A stretch of 64,000 nucleotides of DNA from an uncultured Clostridia bacterium (GCA_944377365.1 CALWEQ010000003.1:70569-134568); one strand, 5' to 3'. Shown: positions 1-11,283, numbered from the stretch's first letter. Notes: generated by a model from the sequence alone, not told the origin. Numbers and translations: made by a program.

Positions 1-614
1 TAAAAAAGCTAGTTCTCTTGCTCGTTTTGATATTACATCAAAATTAAATTGCTGTTTGCCAAAAATTCGTTCATCTGGCAAAAAAGTCACCTTTGTGCCT
101 GTAATTTCACTTTTGCCCGTTTCAGTCAACTGCTTAACTACTTGTCCACCATGAACTTTTCCATCTTCGCCTAAAATCGATTCAAAACGCATATTGTATG
201 ATTTGCCATTTCTGTTGACAGTAACATCGCACCACGCAGAAAGCGCATTCGTTACAGATGCGCCCACCCCATGTAAGCCACCAGAAAATTTGTAGTTTGA
301 AGTGTTAAACTTTCCTCCTGCGTGAAGTGTAGTGTAAACGACTTCCACACCTGATTTGTTCATAGTTGGATGCTTGTCAACAGGAATGCCTCTACCGTCG
401 TCTTCAACCGTCGCACTTCCATCCTTATTTAACGTAATAGTAATCGTGCTACCATAACCACTTGAAATTTCATCTATGGCATTGTCAACTATTTCCCACA
501 ATATGTGATGATAACCTTTTGGCCCCGTCGTCCCGATGTACATTCCAGGTCTAAGCCTAACCGCATCAAGCCCTTCTAATACAACTATATCTTTTGCTTC
601 ATACTTAGATGTCA
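1..614 (-). CDS. Type IIA DNA topoisomerase subunit B (GyrB or ParE), N-terminal ATPase part; gene runs off the window
   Basis: Not in the ORF track because it is truncated. Reverse translation from the ATG at 614-612 gives MTSKYEAKDIVVLEGLDAVRLRPGMYIGTTG..HHILWEIVDNAIDE..LHAGGKF..SGGLHGVGASVTNALS..RARELAFL. These are the GHKL ATPase blocks of GyrB/ParE. The fragment does not separate gyrB from parE. Confidence 0.85.
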
Positions 615-783
615 TTTGCTCTCCAATGTGTTTTGTTTTATATTAGATTATATCATATCTTACAATTTTAACCAAATTTTTTTTATAATTGCGTGATTGT
701 ATATTTATGCAAATTTATGCATTAATATTTGTAAATAAATGTGAGCATTGTTGCGTAAAATAATAAAAAAAAGGATTTAATTT

Positions 784-1821
784 ATGAAAAAGATTGTTTT
801 TACCGGAGGCGGAACAGCTGGACATATTTACCCTAATATTGCAATAGCAGAAGAACTGACAGACTTTGAAAAACACTATATAGGCACAAACGGAATGGAA
901 AAAGAAATAGTTCAAAAAGAAAAGGATTTTACTTTCCACAAGATAGACGCAGTAAAGCTCGATAGAGCAAAAAAATTGAGAAATTTGAAAATACCTTTTA
1001 AGCTTATAAAAAGCGTTTATCAAGCAAAAAAGATACTAAAAACTTTAAGGCCAAATGTTATCTTTTCAAAAGGTGGTTTCGTGGCATTGCCTGTCGCAAT
1101 TGCAGGTAAAATGTTGCATATACCAATTATCACACATGAATCTGATTTGTCTATGGGGGTAGCAAACAAATTAATTTCCAAGATTGCAAACTTCACCTGC
1201 ACAACATTTTATGAAACGAGCAAACTTGGTAAAAAATTTGTTTGGACAGGGCAACCAATTAGACGTCAACTTTTTTCTGGCAATAGTGAAAGAATATTGT
1301 CAAAGTTAAAATACCCAAATAAAAAAATAATTTTAGTTGTCGGTGGAAGCCTAGGCGCAAAAAAAATCAACGAACTGTTTTTAAACCCAGAATTTCTAAC
1401 AAACGAATACATCGTAATTCACAGCACTGGCAGAAATAATATTGAAGATTTTAAACCAAAAGAAAACTATTACCCCGTCGCGTATCTTGATCCAATAGCG
1501 GATTATTACAGCGCAAGCGACCTCGTAGTTACACGTGCAGGTTCTGGCGTAATAAACGAACTTTTAGCTTTGCAAAAGCCTATGCTTATGTTGCCCCTGT
1601 CTAAAAATGCCTCACGCGGAGATCAGATTCAAAATGCCAAATTATTTGCAAAGCTTGGCTATGGGGAAATGATTTTAGATGAAGATCTTAATGAAAAAAA
1701 TTTGAAAAACACCATCGATAATATGATAAAAAACATTGAAAAATATAAAAAAAATTTGCAAAATGCTGTAAAAAACGACGCGAATAAGAAAATTTGTGAA
1801 TTAATTAAGAAGTTTTGTTAA
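784..1821 (+). CDS. murG: Undecaprenyldiphospho-muramoylpentapeptide beta-N-acetylglucosaminyltransferase MurG
   Basis: N-terminal FTGGGTAGHIYPNIAIAEEL, GGSLGA and a TRAGSG..NELL-type C-terminal block. Length of 345 aa is typical of MurG. Confidence 0.9.
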   Translation: MKKIVFTGGGTAGHIYPNIAIAEELTDFEKHYIGTNGMEKEIVQKEKDFTFHKIDAVKLDRAKKLRNLKIPFKLIKSVYQAKKILKTLRPNVIFSKGGFVALPVAIAGKMLHIPIITHESDLSMGVANKLISKIANFTCTTFYETSKLGKKFVWTGQPIRRQLFSGNSERILSKLKYPNKKIILVVGGSLGAKKINELFLNPEFLTNEYIVIHSTGRNNIEDFKPKENYYPVAYLDPIADYYSASDLVVTRAGSGVINELLALQKPMLMLPLSKNASRGDQIQNAKLFAKLGYGEMILDEDLNEKNLKNTIDNMIKNIEKYKKNLQNAVKNDANKKICELIKKFC

Positions 1822-2934
1822 ATTTGGATAGCCAAACCCTTCCAAGTTTTTATTATATGAAATGGGTTTGCACACAGACAACAACCGCCTTTTTGCTTCA
1901 TCTGGCGTTATGTTGGGATTTTTTTCACACAGCAAGCACATTGCCCCTGCAATCATAGGCGTTGCGACACTTGTTCCGCTGAGCTTTGTGTAACCTCCCC
2001 CTTTTTTACATGAAATGATGTCCACAGCGGGCGCTACTAAATCTGGTTTAAAAGATTTAAACGACGGCCCTCTTGAAGAAAAGTCAGCAATTTCGAAAAA
2101 GGAAGAAGAATAGTTGTCTTCATCTAAACGATTGTCATCCATTCCACCAACTGTAATCAATCTTCTGCTCACTCCTGGGCTTTTTATTGACTGAAAATCA
2201 GGGCCACTGTTGCCTGCTGCCGCGACTACAATCACTCCACTTTTCCAAAGCTCTTCTGCCCCATTCATTATGGGGTCATTTAATCCCAAAGGTTCGCTGC
2301 CAAAACTCATACAAACAACCTTTATTTTATGCTTTTTATGATTTTCATAAATCCACTGCATCGCACTTAATATTTTGTTTGAGTAAGCCTCTCCTTTTGA
2401 ATCTAGTGCCTTTAAAGAATAGATGTTCGCTTTTGGCGCAAAGCCCATATATTTACCACCGCTCAAAGCTCCATTGCCAGCACACACCCCGGCAACAAAA
2501 GTTCCGTGCCCATTGTCATCGTATGCGTATTTTTTTTCACCGACAAAATCTACGAACATCTTAACTCTGTTTTCACCTATTAAAAAATCTGAATGGCGAA
2601 ACAGCCCTGTGTCTATAAATGCCACACCCACTCCTTCGCCATTTAAATTGTCGTTTGGACGCGACAAAACATTTCGCGCAACATTTGTTAGTGCAAGTGC
2701 GGAGGCGTTAATTGATATGTAACGGACGCTGGCGAGTTTCGATAAGTATAAAAGTTGTTCTCGCGTGGCCTTAATAAAAAAAGACTTTATGAATAAATAT
2801 TCGTCTATTATTTCTATACCTTTTGATATTAATATTTTTTTCAATTTAACATAGTCATTTGTGCTTACTAAACATAATTGTTTTTCATTGACAGCAAACA
2901 CTCGTGGTGAAAGTAATCTTTGATCTATTTTCAT
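1801..2934 (-). CDS. Subtilisin-like serine protease (peptidase S8), no obvious signal peptide
   Basis: Asp/His/Ser triad blocks VAFIDTGL, DDNGHGTFVAG and LSGTSVATPMIAG. Its 3' end overlaps the murG 3' end by 21 nt (convergent). Confidence 0.85.
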   Translation of the reverse strand: MKIDQRLLSPRVFAVNEKQLCLVSTNDYVKLKKILISKGIEIIDEYLFIKSFFIKATREQLLYLSKLASVRYISINASALALTNVARNVLSRPNDNLNGEGVGVAFIDTGLFRHSDFLIGENRVKMFVDFVGEKKYAYDDNGHGTFVAGVCAGNGALSGGKYMGFAPKANIYSLKALDSKGEAYSNKILSAMQWIYENHKKHKIKVVCMSFGSEPLGLNDPIMNGAEELWKSGVIVVAAAGNSGPDFQSIKSPGVSRRLITVGGMDDNRLDEDNYSSSFFEIADFSSRGPSFKSFKPDLVAPAVDIISCKKGGGYTKLSGTSVATPMIAGAMCLLCEKNPNITPDEAKRRLLSVCKPISYNKNLEGFGYPNLTKLLN

Positions 2935-3230
2935 TTTAAATTCTCTATTAATTTTTTTAAATTTTCATATGTTTCATGCGGTAAAAAAGCACGAACCGAT
3001 TCAACACTACTTAAAAGCATATTAGCATCGAAAGAGCCTTCATCTTTTCGCCTTTTTACTTCTTCAGCAAGGCGTGCACTCAACTCGTTGTTGTCTAGTT
3101 TTGAAAACTCATCAAAACTTCTTTTTAAATCATTTTCACTTATATCTTGTTTTTTTTGTGTCTTTTTTTCTTCATATTGTTTCTCTTTTTGCGATTGTTC
3201 AAAATGAAAATCTGAAAAGTTTTTACCCAT
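2931..3230 (-). CDS. Hypothetical acidic/lysine-rich small protein, translationally coupled to the S8 protease
   Basis: 99-aa ORF whose stop overlaps the S8 start by 4 nt. No recognisable motif. Confidence 0.4.
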   Translation of the reverse strand: MGKNFSDFHFEQSQKEKQYEEKKTQKKQDISENDLKRSFDEFSKLDNNELSARLAEEVKRRKDEGSFDANMLLSSVESVRAFLPHETYENLKKLIENLK

Positions 3231-3321
3231 AGCTTCCTCTTTTTACAATAGCAATATATGTTGCAAGTAAAAATTTTTCTACATTTGTCGCAAAATAATT
3301 TATTTACGCATATATAATGAT

Positions 3322-3666
3322 ATGAATTTTAAAGACAATCTACCTTTATATCCACCTGAAGCATATTCAGAACAAAAGGGTGCTAATCCTTTTGTAGAAA
3401 ACAAAAATGCGCAACAAACGACAAGCGCAAATTCTTTTTTGGGGACGAATTTGGGGTCGAACAATCCAATAATGCCACTGCTTTTAAAAATGCTTTTAGG
3501 CGGACAAAATTCCTCAATTTTATCACAAAATGCACTTGAATCAATGACAAATTCGTCGGATGCAAACCCTTTGCTTGGGATTTTGTCTACACTTGCTTCA
3601 CCCCAAAACAAAAAAAAATCTTCCGGGCAATCTGCGCCGAAAGAAAAAACTTTTCCTGATGATTAA
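3322..3666 (+). CDS. Hypothetical Asn/Ser/Gln-rich protein
   Basis: 114-aa ORF in an otherwise empty interval. Low-complexity composition, no motif. Confidence 0.3.
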   Translation: MNFKDNLPLYPPEAYSEQKGANPFVENKNAQQTTSANSFLGTNLGSNNPIMPLLLKMLLGGQNSSILSQNALESMTNSSDANPLLGILSTLASPQNKKKSSGQSAPKEKTFPDD

Positions 3667-4331
3667 TTTTCTTTTTCGTAATATTGTGCTTGTGAAACGA
3701 CAGAACCATTTTTAAAATATATCTTGCGTTTGCAGAACCTTTCTGCAATTTTTTCATCTGTTGTGGCAAGAACCAGCGTTGTTTGTGGCGATTTTAATTT
3801 TTCTAAAATCTCTTCAATTATTTCGAGATAAAATTCTGAAAGGTGGTCAAAAATGTTGTCAATCATCAAAAAATCAAGTTTCCTAAACGATAGCCTGATA
3901 AGAGAAAGAATATATTTTTCTTCCACAGACAAGTTGGCCACTTTTTCGTCTTTAATTTTTTCTAATGAAAATTCAATTACAGCCTCATTGATTTTGCTTT
4001 CAACCTCTTCTGCAGGAAGCTTACGTTCGTTTAATATATATTTAAGATTTTCATAAACTGTTTTGTTTTCTAAAAACACAGGCGATGCTGGCACATAACC
4101 CGCACTAATATCCGAACGGAAATTTATTTTTTTTAAAGGTCTGTCTTTTAAATAAACCTCTCCCTTCGTAGGTTTTTCAAATTTTGCAATAACCCTGAGT
4201 AAACTCGTCTTACCACTGTCATCTTGACCAACCAAAGCGACAGATTCACCGTCTTCTACCTCGATGTTGATGTCATAAAGTGCATAAAACTCTCGTGTGT
4301 ACTTTAAAAATAAATGTTTGATTGAAAGCAT
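3663..4331 (-). CDS. ABC-transporter ATPase-like protein with degenerate catalytic motifs
   Basis: Walker A-like GQDDSGKTSLL, signature-like LSVEEK in place of LSGGQ, and Walker B-like DFLMIDN with Asn where the catalytic Glu normally sits. No permease gene is adjacent. Confidence 0.7.
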   Translation of the reverse strand: MLSIKHLFLKYTREFYALYDINIEVEDGESVALVGQDDSGKTSLLRVIAKFEKPTKGEVYLKDRPLKKINFRSDISAGYVPASPVFLENKTVYENLKYILNERKLPAEEVESKINEAVIEFSLEKIKDEKVANLSVEEKYILSLIRLSFRKLDFLMIDNIFDHLSEFYLEIIEEILEKLKSPQTTLVLATTDEKIAERFCKRKIYFKNGSVVSQAQYYEKEN

Positions 4332-4385
4332 AGCAAACTCCTATGCTTCATTTTACATCATTTTTTTAAAAAATCAAAATTATTT

Positions 4386-4889
4386 TTAATAACAATTTAG
4401 CACAAAATCATCAGATATTGGTTCTGTGTTTAAAATCACAAAACCTGTGCTTTGTGCATTCTCTGCAATCTTGCCCACGACCACCCTAAAAGTGAGCTTG
4501 CATGGTTTTGAAACATTAAAAACATATATGTGGCTTACAGCATCTTTCAACTGCTCAAATTCCTCGTGGCCTGCAAGGCCAATCGCATCGGCTTTTAAAG
4601 CAGTCAAAGAGTTCCACACGTTTTTCTCATCTAATCTTGACATCACGCTGTTTTCGTTTTCAATATGATAGGTGATTTCTAGATCGTCTTGATCAGACAT
4701 TACTTGTATGTCAAAATATCTTTCTTCATAACGCAAGTCATTTTGAAAATTAACTCTAAAGGTGTAATTCTCACTTCCAGCGCTTGTCATGTTGGAAAAT
4801 GTGGCAAGTTTAATCGTCGCCATTGACTCACAACCACACACTACCGAACACAAAAAAAGAGGAAAGATAAGTAAAAACAGCTTTTTCAT
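4386..4889 (-). CDS. Putative lipoprotein, unknown function
   Basis: N-terminal MKKLFLLIFPLFLCSVVCGCES, a signal peptide with lipobox-like Cys. Lies directly downstream of the ABC-like ATPase. Confidence 0.5.
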   Translation of the reverse strand: MKKLFLLIFPLFLCSVVCGCESMATIKLATFSNMTSAGSENYTFRVNFQNDLRYEERYFDIQVMSDQDDLEITYHIENENSVMSRLDEKNVWNSLTALKADAIGLAGHEEFEQLKDAVSHIYVFNVSKPCKLTFRVVVGKIAENAQSTGFVILNTEPISDDFVLNCY

Positions 4890-4943
4890 AATTGCTCCTT
4901 TTTATATCTTTCCCCTAATTAAATTTTGTTAAACATTTTTTTA

Positions 4944-6858
<1,915 letters not shown>

Positions 6859-6966
6859 ATTTCCTCCTTAACACTCAATCATTTTACAACTTTTAAACGT
6901 TTTTTGTCTAGCAAAAGTGCCAATTAATAAAACATACTTTGTCAAAATAACTCATATATTTTAATA

Positions 6967-7701
6967 ATGCAAATAAAAACAAAAAAAATCATAGGTCTGC
7001 TTTCTTTTTCACTATTTTGGATTGCAAGCATTTTAACTTTTAGTCTTGTAGGATATTTTTCATCATCATTATCAATTGATTTTGCAGGAAATCATAATTT
7101 GCCCATCACTAAACAAATTGAAATTTATCTTGTTTGCTTTGCCAAATCTAGAGTTAAAGCAGAAGCCGAAATGCTTAACCTTGATTATACAACCGGCGCA
7201 CAATATGTTTTAAAATCTGGTGAATATTATTATGTAGTCCACAGTGCTTATGAAAACGAAAATGATGCCATGATGATCATCAAAAATTTCGAAAAAAAAT
7301 TGTTAAAAGCAGAATTGCACGTCATTAGCTTTCCAGACATTTTTGTTAAAGAATCATTTTCTCAAGAGCAAAGAAACTTAGTCGCCGAATCTTTCACACT
7401 TTTTTTAGAATCTTTTAGATCTTTGAGCGATTTAGCGGTAGGTTTTAGCAGTGGCGTCTACGATGAAACTTACATCAAAGAAAAATTGCAGAATTTAAAA
7501 AATAAAATTGAAAAACATAACGAGAAATATTACAAAACATTTTCAACAACAAATGACCCTGAAACGATAGCCATTGGAGAATATTTGGCGGATCTGTTGG
7601 AAGCGACTTGTCTTGCTTCATCAGACTCTCTTTGGCACACATCAATTGAGCTTTTAGAGATTTACAGCAACCTAACCAAAGATATGCAACTATTCTCTTA
7701 A
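6967..7701 (+). CDS. Membrane-anchored hypothetical protein (possible SPOR-like fold, weak)
   Basis: N-terminal TM helix (IIGLLSFSLFWIASILTFSLVGYF). No firm motif. Confidence 0.4.
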   Translation: MQIKTKKIIGLLSFSLFWIASILTFSLVGYFSSSLSIDFAGNHNLPITKQIEIYLVCFAKSRVKAEAEMLNLDYTTGAQYVLKSGEYYYVVHSAYENENDAMMIIKNFEKKLLKAELHVISFPDIFVKESFSQEQRNLVAESFTLFLESFRSLSDLAVGFSSGVYDETYIKEKLQNLKNKIEKHNEKYYKTFSTTNDPETIAIGEYLADLLEATCLASSDSLWHTSIELLEIYSNLTKDMQLFS

Positions 7702-8400
7702 TAAGAAATGAAACAATTTTGGCAAATCCGCTTCATCCCCACTAACCATAAAAGAGCAGTTGTTTCCCGCACCATCACCACCAAATTTCGCTAATCTTTT
7801 TGCAATCCCAATATTTGAACCAAACAACTTTGCATCGCTAAAGCTAGAAAGAATAGGGCGTAGTGCTTCAAAATGTGTGCAACCTAAAACAATAGCAGAA
7901 AAATTTTTTTCATTTAAATGTTCTTGTAAATAATCTTTAAGATTTTCTAATTCAAAAAGGTTTTCATCAATTAGTTTGGGCAAATTTGGCACATCTACTT
8001 TTTGAACTTTTGGAAATCTTTTTATTAATTTGCAATTTTCAATTGTAACTTTTGTCGCAAGCAACAAAACCTCCTCCTCTTTAAATTCTTCACAAGCAGG
8101 TTTTATTGCAGGTTCACACCCTATAAAAACTAAATTTGGAAATTGCTTTCTCACATTTTTTATAGCTACAGATGTTAAGGTGTTACATGCAAAAATTACG
8201 ATTTCAGGTTGAAAAATTTTGTTAAGTAGCTTTACGATTTCAATCGCTCTTTTGTTTAAAAAATTGGAGTTTTTTTCACCATATGGTGCATATTTGTTGT
8301 CGGCAAAATACAAAAAATCAAAGCCCGAGCACTGCTTCATAAGGCTTTTTAAAACATTAACTCCCCCACTACCACTGTCAATTATAGCGACTTTTTTCAC
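7690..8400 (-). CDS. murI: Glutamate racemase MurI
   Basis: IIDSGSGG, the catalytic Cys blocks FACNT and LGCTHF, and 236 aa. Confidence 0.85.
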   Translation of the reverse strand: MKKVAIIDSGSGGVNVLKSLMKQCSGFDFLYFADNKYAPYGEKNSNFLNKRAIEIVKLLNKIFQPEIVIFACNTLTSVAIKNVRKQFPNLVFIGCEPAIKPACEEFKEEEVLLLATKVTIENCKLIKRFPKVQKVDVPNLPKLIDENLFELENLKDYLQEHLNEKNFSAIVLGCTHFEALRPILSSFSDAKLFGSNIGIAKRLAKFGGDGAGNNCSFMVSGDEADLPKLFHFLLRE

Positions 8401-8429
8401 GATAATATATATGCAAGAAAATTTAAATC

Positions 8430-9206
8430 TTACACATATTTGTTAATAGATAGCGAAATTATTTTTGCAACATTGTTGAGATTTTTGTGAATATCCTTGG
8501 GTGCTAAAATCAATTCATCTGGCCAGTCAGGTTTTGCCTTTCCCGCCAATAACAAAGTCGGAACACCTATAGATATGCAAGGAACACCTATAGTAGTTTT
8601 GCATAGTTTGTGCCCAAGATTGTTTACTGCACTTCCAGGAGTCATCCCAGCATCGTTGAGCTGAAAAGAGGTTGAAAGCCTTGATAAAGAATTTGTGGCA
8701 AGTGAATCTATTATCACCACGCCATCAACATCCAACCAAATTGCAAGCATATGCACTACATCAAAAGAGTTTATGCCAGTTGAAGAAAAAACATTTGGAA
8801 TAAACTTAAACAAACGCAGATTTTTTTTAAAAGGGTCAAGTTCAACTTCTTTTAAAACCATAGGCCCAAGTGCATCTGCTAATATGTTAGGATTGCCTAA
8901 CCCTACAAGCAAAATACGGGATCTTTTGCCCAGCTTGTGTTTAACAAGCAATTTTTTTAATCCTTTCCCTATTTCAGTAGACAAATAATCGAAACATTCC
9001 TCTCCAAGCTCATGAAGAAGCGGGCAGTTGTAAATGTAATAACTGCCTCTGTCAAAACCAGTTTTATTTGCTTTTTCTTGGCTGTCCACTTCCAGCTTGC
9101 CAGACGTTAAAGAAAAACGTCCATCTTTGCATTTTTGGTAGCCAATAGCTTCTAAATCAAGCCCACATTCATCTATAAAATCTATCATATTGCTATTTTT
9201 TTCCAA
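8430..9206 (-). CDS. GPR (germination protease, peptidase A25)-like protein, short form
   Basis: The VGLGNPNILADALGP block resembles the GPR GLGN...DALGP motif, and gpr-rpsT adjacency occurs in Bacillus. At 258 aa it is much shorter than canonical GPR. Confidence 0.5.
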   Translation of the reverse strand: MEKNSNMIDFIDECGLDLEAIGYQKCKDGRFSLTSGKLEVDSQEKANKTGFDRGSYYIYNCPLLHELGEECFDYLSTEIGKGLKKLLVKHKLGKRSRILLVGLGNPNILADALGPMVLKEVELDPFKKNLRLFKFIPNVFSSTGINSFDVVHMLAIWLDVDGVVIIDSLATNSLSRLSTSFQLNDAGMTPGSAVNNLGHKLCKTTIGVPCISIGVPTLLLAGKAKPDWPDELILAPKDIHKNLNNVAKIISLSINKYV

Positions 9207-9289
9207 TTTAAAAAATTTTATTAATTTTACTTGCTTTTTTTTGCTTGTTGTGATACAATCTTCGTAGACTTTAATGCAAGGAGAAAAAA

Positions 9290-9556
9290 ATGGCTAACAT
9301 AAAATCTGCTAAAAAAAGAATTTTGGTTATTGAAAAAAAACACGAACAAAACAAATCAATTAAGTCAAAAATTGCAACTTATTCAAAGAAATTTCAATCT
9401 GCTGTCGCCAGCGGAGTTGTCGCAGATGCTGAAAAAGCATATATTGACGTTACTTCTGTTTTAGATCGTGCCGTTGCTGATGGCGTTCTTCATTCAAACT
9501 GTGCAGCAAGAAGAAAATCAAGATTTGCAAAACAGCTTGACAAAATCAGAGCTTAA
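9290..9556 (+). CDS. rpsT: 30S ribosomal protein S20
   Basis: MANIKSAKKRILVIEKKHEQNKSIKS... is a typical S20 N-terminus. An SD (aaggag) lies upstream. Confidence 0.93.
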   Translation: MANIKSAKKRILVIEKKHEQNKSIKSKIATYSKKFQSAVASGVVADAEKAYIDVTSVLDRAVADGVLHSNCAARRKSRFAKQLDKIRA

Positions 9557-9604
9557 TAAAATAAACATAAGACTAAAAATTTTTCACTTTTTAAATTTAT
9601 TAAA

Positions 9605-9648
9605 AAAAGATAATGCCTATTAATCAAAAGCATTATCTTTTTTTTTAA
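9605..9648 (+). terminator. Rho-independent terminator of rpsT
   Basis: Stem aagataatgc (9607-9616) pairs with gcattatctt (9630-9639), followed by a T run. Confidence 0.6.
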
Positions 9649-9694
9649 CTTCATATAACACAAATTAAGCCTGTCGCGTTTGTTTTACATTTTT

Positions 9695-10372
9695 TTATTT
9701 TAACAAATTTGTTTCTTGAGTTTGAATATTGGTTTTAACTGTGCTCATGTGTTTTTCAATTTCGCTTAAAAATGTTTCCGCAGTGATAAACGTTGCTTCA
9801 TTTTGTTCTGCAAACAACACAAAAGACTCATATGCTCGCAACGAACTTTCAATGTTGCCATTAAAACTTTTCGCAGGCAAAGAAGAACTTAATATCGTTG
9901 GAGTTTGTGAAATCAGTAAACAAAGCGACAAAGTGTAATGTTTTAAACTTTCAATTTCTTTGCCGTTAAGAGAAAAATATATTTCATTGCCAGAATCGTT
10001 TTTTAATTTAAAACAGCCAAGCTCCTCGTCATACTTCACTTTGTCGTTTAATTTTTTTTCTTTTTTTAAAACTTCAAGTTGAGTTAATGCAAAATCCTTT
10101 ATCTTTTCTTTTGTTTTGATCGATTGACTCGTCGCCTCTTCAACTGGTTTTATGCCCTCAGTTAATGAAAAAGAAAATTTTCTTTCTTCACCATTTTTAA
10201 ATGTCGCAGTTGAAACATTTCGGTCATTTGGCAGAGAAAAACATTTGATGTCCTCAAAAGTTTTTGATGAAATTTGACCTGACAGGCTACCATCTCGTGA
10301 AACGATTGTTTCAGTTTCTGAGTTGACCATATCAATCACTTCTTTAATTTCTTCCTCGGCATTCATAAGCAC
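9695..10372 (-). CDS. Hypothetical protein at the edge of the phage-derived module
   Basis: 225-aa ORF with no recognisable motif. A bidirectional terminator separates it from the holin gene. Confidence 0.4.
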   Translation of the reverse strand: MLMNAEEEIKEVIDMVNSETETIVSRDGSLSGQISSKTFEDIKCFSLPNDRNVSTATFKNGEERKFSFSLTEGIKPVEEATSQSIKTKEKIKDFALTQLEVLKKEKKLNDKVKYDEELGCFKLKNDSGNEIYFSLNGKEIESLKHYTLSLCLLISQTPTILSSSLPAKSFNGNIESSLRAYESFVLFAEQNEATFITAETFLSEIEKHMSTVKTNIQTQETNLLK

Positions 10373-10443
10373 CTCGTTTTAATTTGTTGTTTTTCACCAT
10401 ACTTACTATTTAATTTTAACATAAATTAAAAAATCTTGTCAAA

Positions 10444-10477
10444 CAAAAAAGAAGGCTTTTTCTAGCCTTCTTTTTTT
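10444..10477. terminator. Bidirectional hairpin terminator
   Basis: gaaggct (10451-10457) pairs with agccttc (10464-10470), flanked by an A run and a T run. Confidence 0.6.
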
Positions 10478-10488
10478 AGTAATTAACA

Positions 10489-10758
10489 CTAATCGTTGTC
10501 CTCATTTTGTTGATTTTTTTCTTCCACACTGCTCTGTTGCGAGTCATCACTTTCGGTGGTTTTGTCCTTCGTGCTTGCTGGAAGAGTAACTATTCCAAAC
10601 GCCACTAGCACTCCAGCCACAGCCATGACAATGTCACTTATGAGTTTTTCTTCAATTTGAAAACCAAAAACAGCACCTAGTGAATTTACTAATATGACAA
10701 GAGCACCAGCAAGTGCAGTCCAAAAACTATATGACTTCATCAGGTTTTTTAGTTTCAT
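10489..10758 (-). CDS. Phage holin (phi-LC3 / holin family 1-like)
   Basis: KSYSFWTALAGALVILVNSLGAVFGFQI..., a second TM helix and an acidic C-terminal tail. This matches the architecture of family-1 holins of Firmicutes phages. Confidence 0.6.
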   Translation of the reverse strand: MKLKNLMKSYSFWTALAGALVILVNSLGAVFGFQIEEKLISDIVMAVAGVLVAFGIVTLPASTKDKTTESDDSQQSSVEEKNQQNEDND

Positions 10759-10981
10759 CTTTTGCTCTCCTTTTAGGACGTATGTTTTCTTTTAAATATT
10801 CAACGTCTTGTTTTATTTCATCAATAACTCCAAGATGTTCAGTCAAATCTTCAATCGTTTTTTGATATCTCTCTTCTCTATTTTTGCTATCTTTTAGCTG
10901 ATAGCAAAATAAAATCACAAATAGCACAGCAAATATGCCGTTGCTGATTATGACGCTAACTATCTCTTGCCAAAGTTGCAT
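10727..10981 (-). CDS. BhlA/UviB-family holin-like peptide
   Basis: NGIFAVLFVILFCYQLKDSKNREERYQKTIEDL matches the G.FAVLF...Y..K.SK.RE pattern of BhlA/UviB. Single N-terminal TM helix, 84 aa. Confidence 0.6.
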   Translation of the reverse strand: MQLWQEIVSVIISNGIFAVLFVILFCYQLKDSKNREERYQKTIEDLTEHLGVIDEIKQDVEYLKENIRPKRRAKDETKKPDEVI

Positions 10982-11283
10982 TAACTAAGCTCTTCCAATA
11001 ATTTTTCATAAAATATGCCAAGTTCGCCCCTTAACTGCATATTTGTAGCCAGAAAACTGAGAGCAACTTCACGATCAAATTGTTTTAAAAAAGCAAGTGT
11101 TTTTTCATAAACTTGCTTTTGCTTGTTGTAAGCTTTTATGTTTTTTTCACTAGCAAATTCAACAAGTTCGGATTTTTTGTCATCATTTTTTAAATTAGAA
11201 ATATAATTGTCCATAATTAATTTTTCTCCTTTAGCTTGTAATTTGTTTAAAAAGAGATAATATTTTGGGTCAAATTTTTTCAT
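10981..11283 (-). CDS. Hypothetical phage-module protein
   Basis: 100-aa ORF with overlapping start and stop junctions to its neighbours. Confidence 0.4.
   Translation of the reverse strand: MKKFDPKYYLFLNKLQAKGEKLIMDNYISNLKNDDKKSELVEFASEKNIKAYNKQKQVYEKTLAFLKQFDREVALSFLATNMQLRGELGIFYEKLLEELS

Noticed and set aside
6911-6922. Sigma-54-like TGGCAC...GC string (minus strand TGGCACTTTTGC) upstream of groES.
   Set aside because: The GG-to-GC spacing is about 3 nt shorter than the -24/-12 consensus (TGGCAC-N5-TTGC). It is most likely chance.
6859-6966. Looked for a CIRCE operator (TTAGCACTC-N9-GAGTGCTAA) upstream of groES.
   Set aside because: Only isolated half-site-like strings are present (ttaacactc at 6868-76 next to the SD, and ttggcactt on the other strand). 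They lack the 9-nt spacing and dyad symmetry, so no HrcA operator can be supported.
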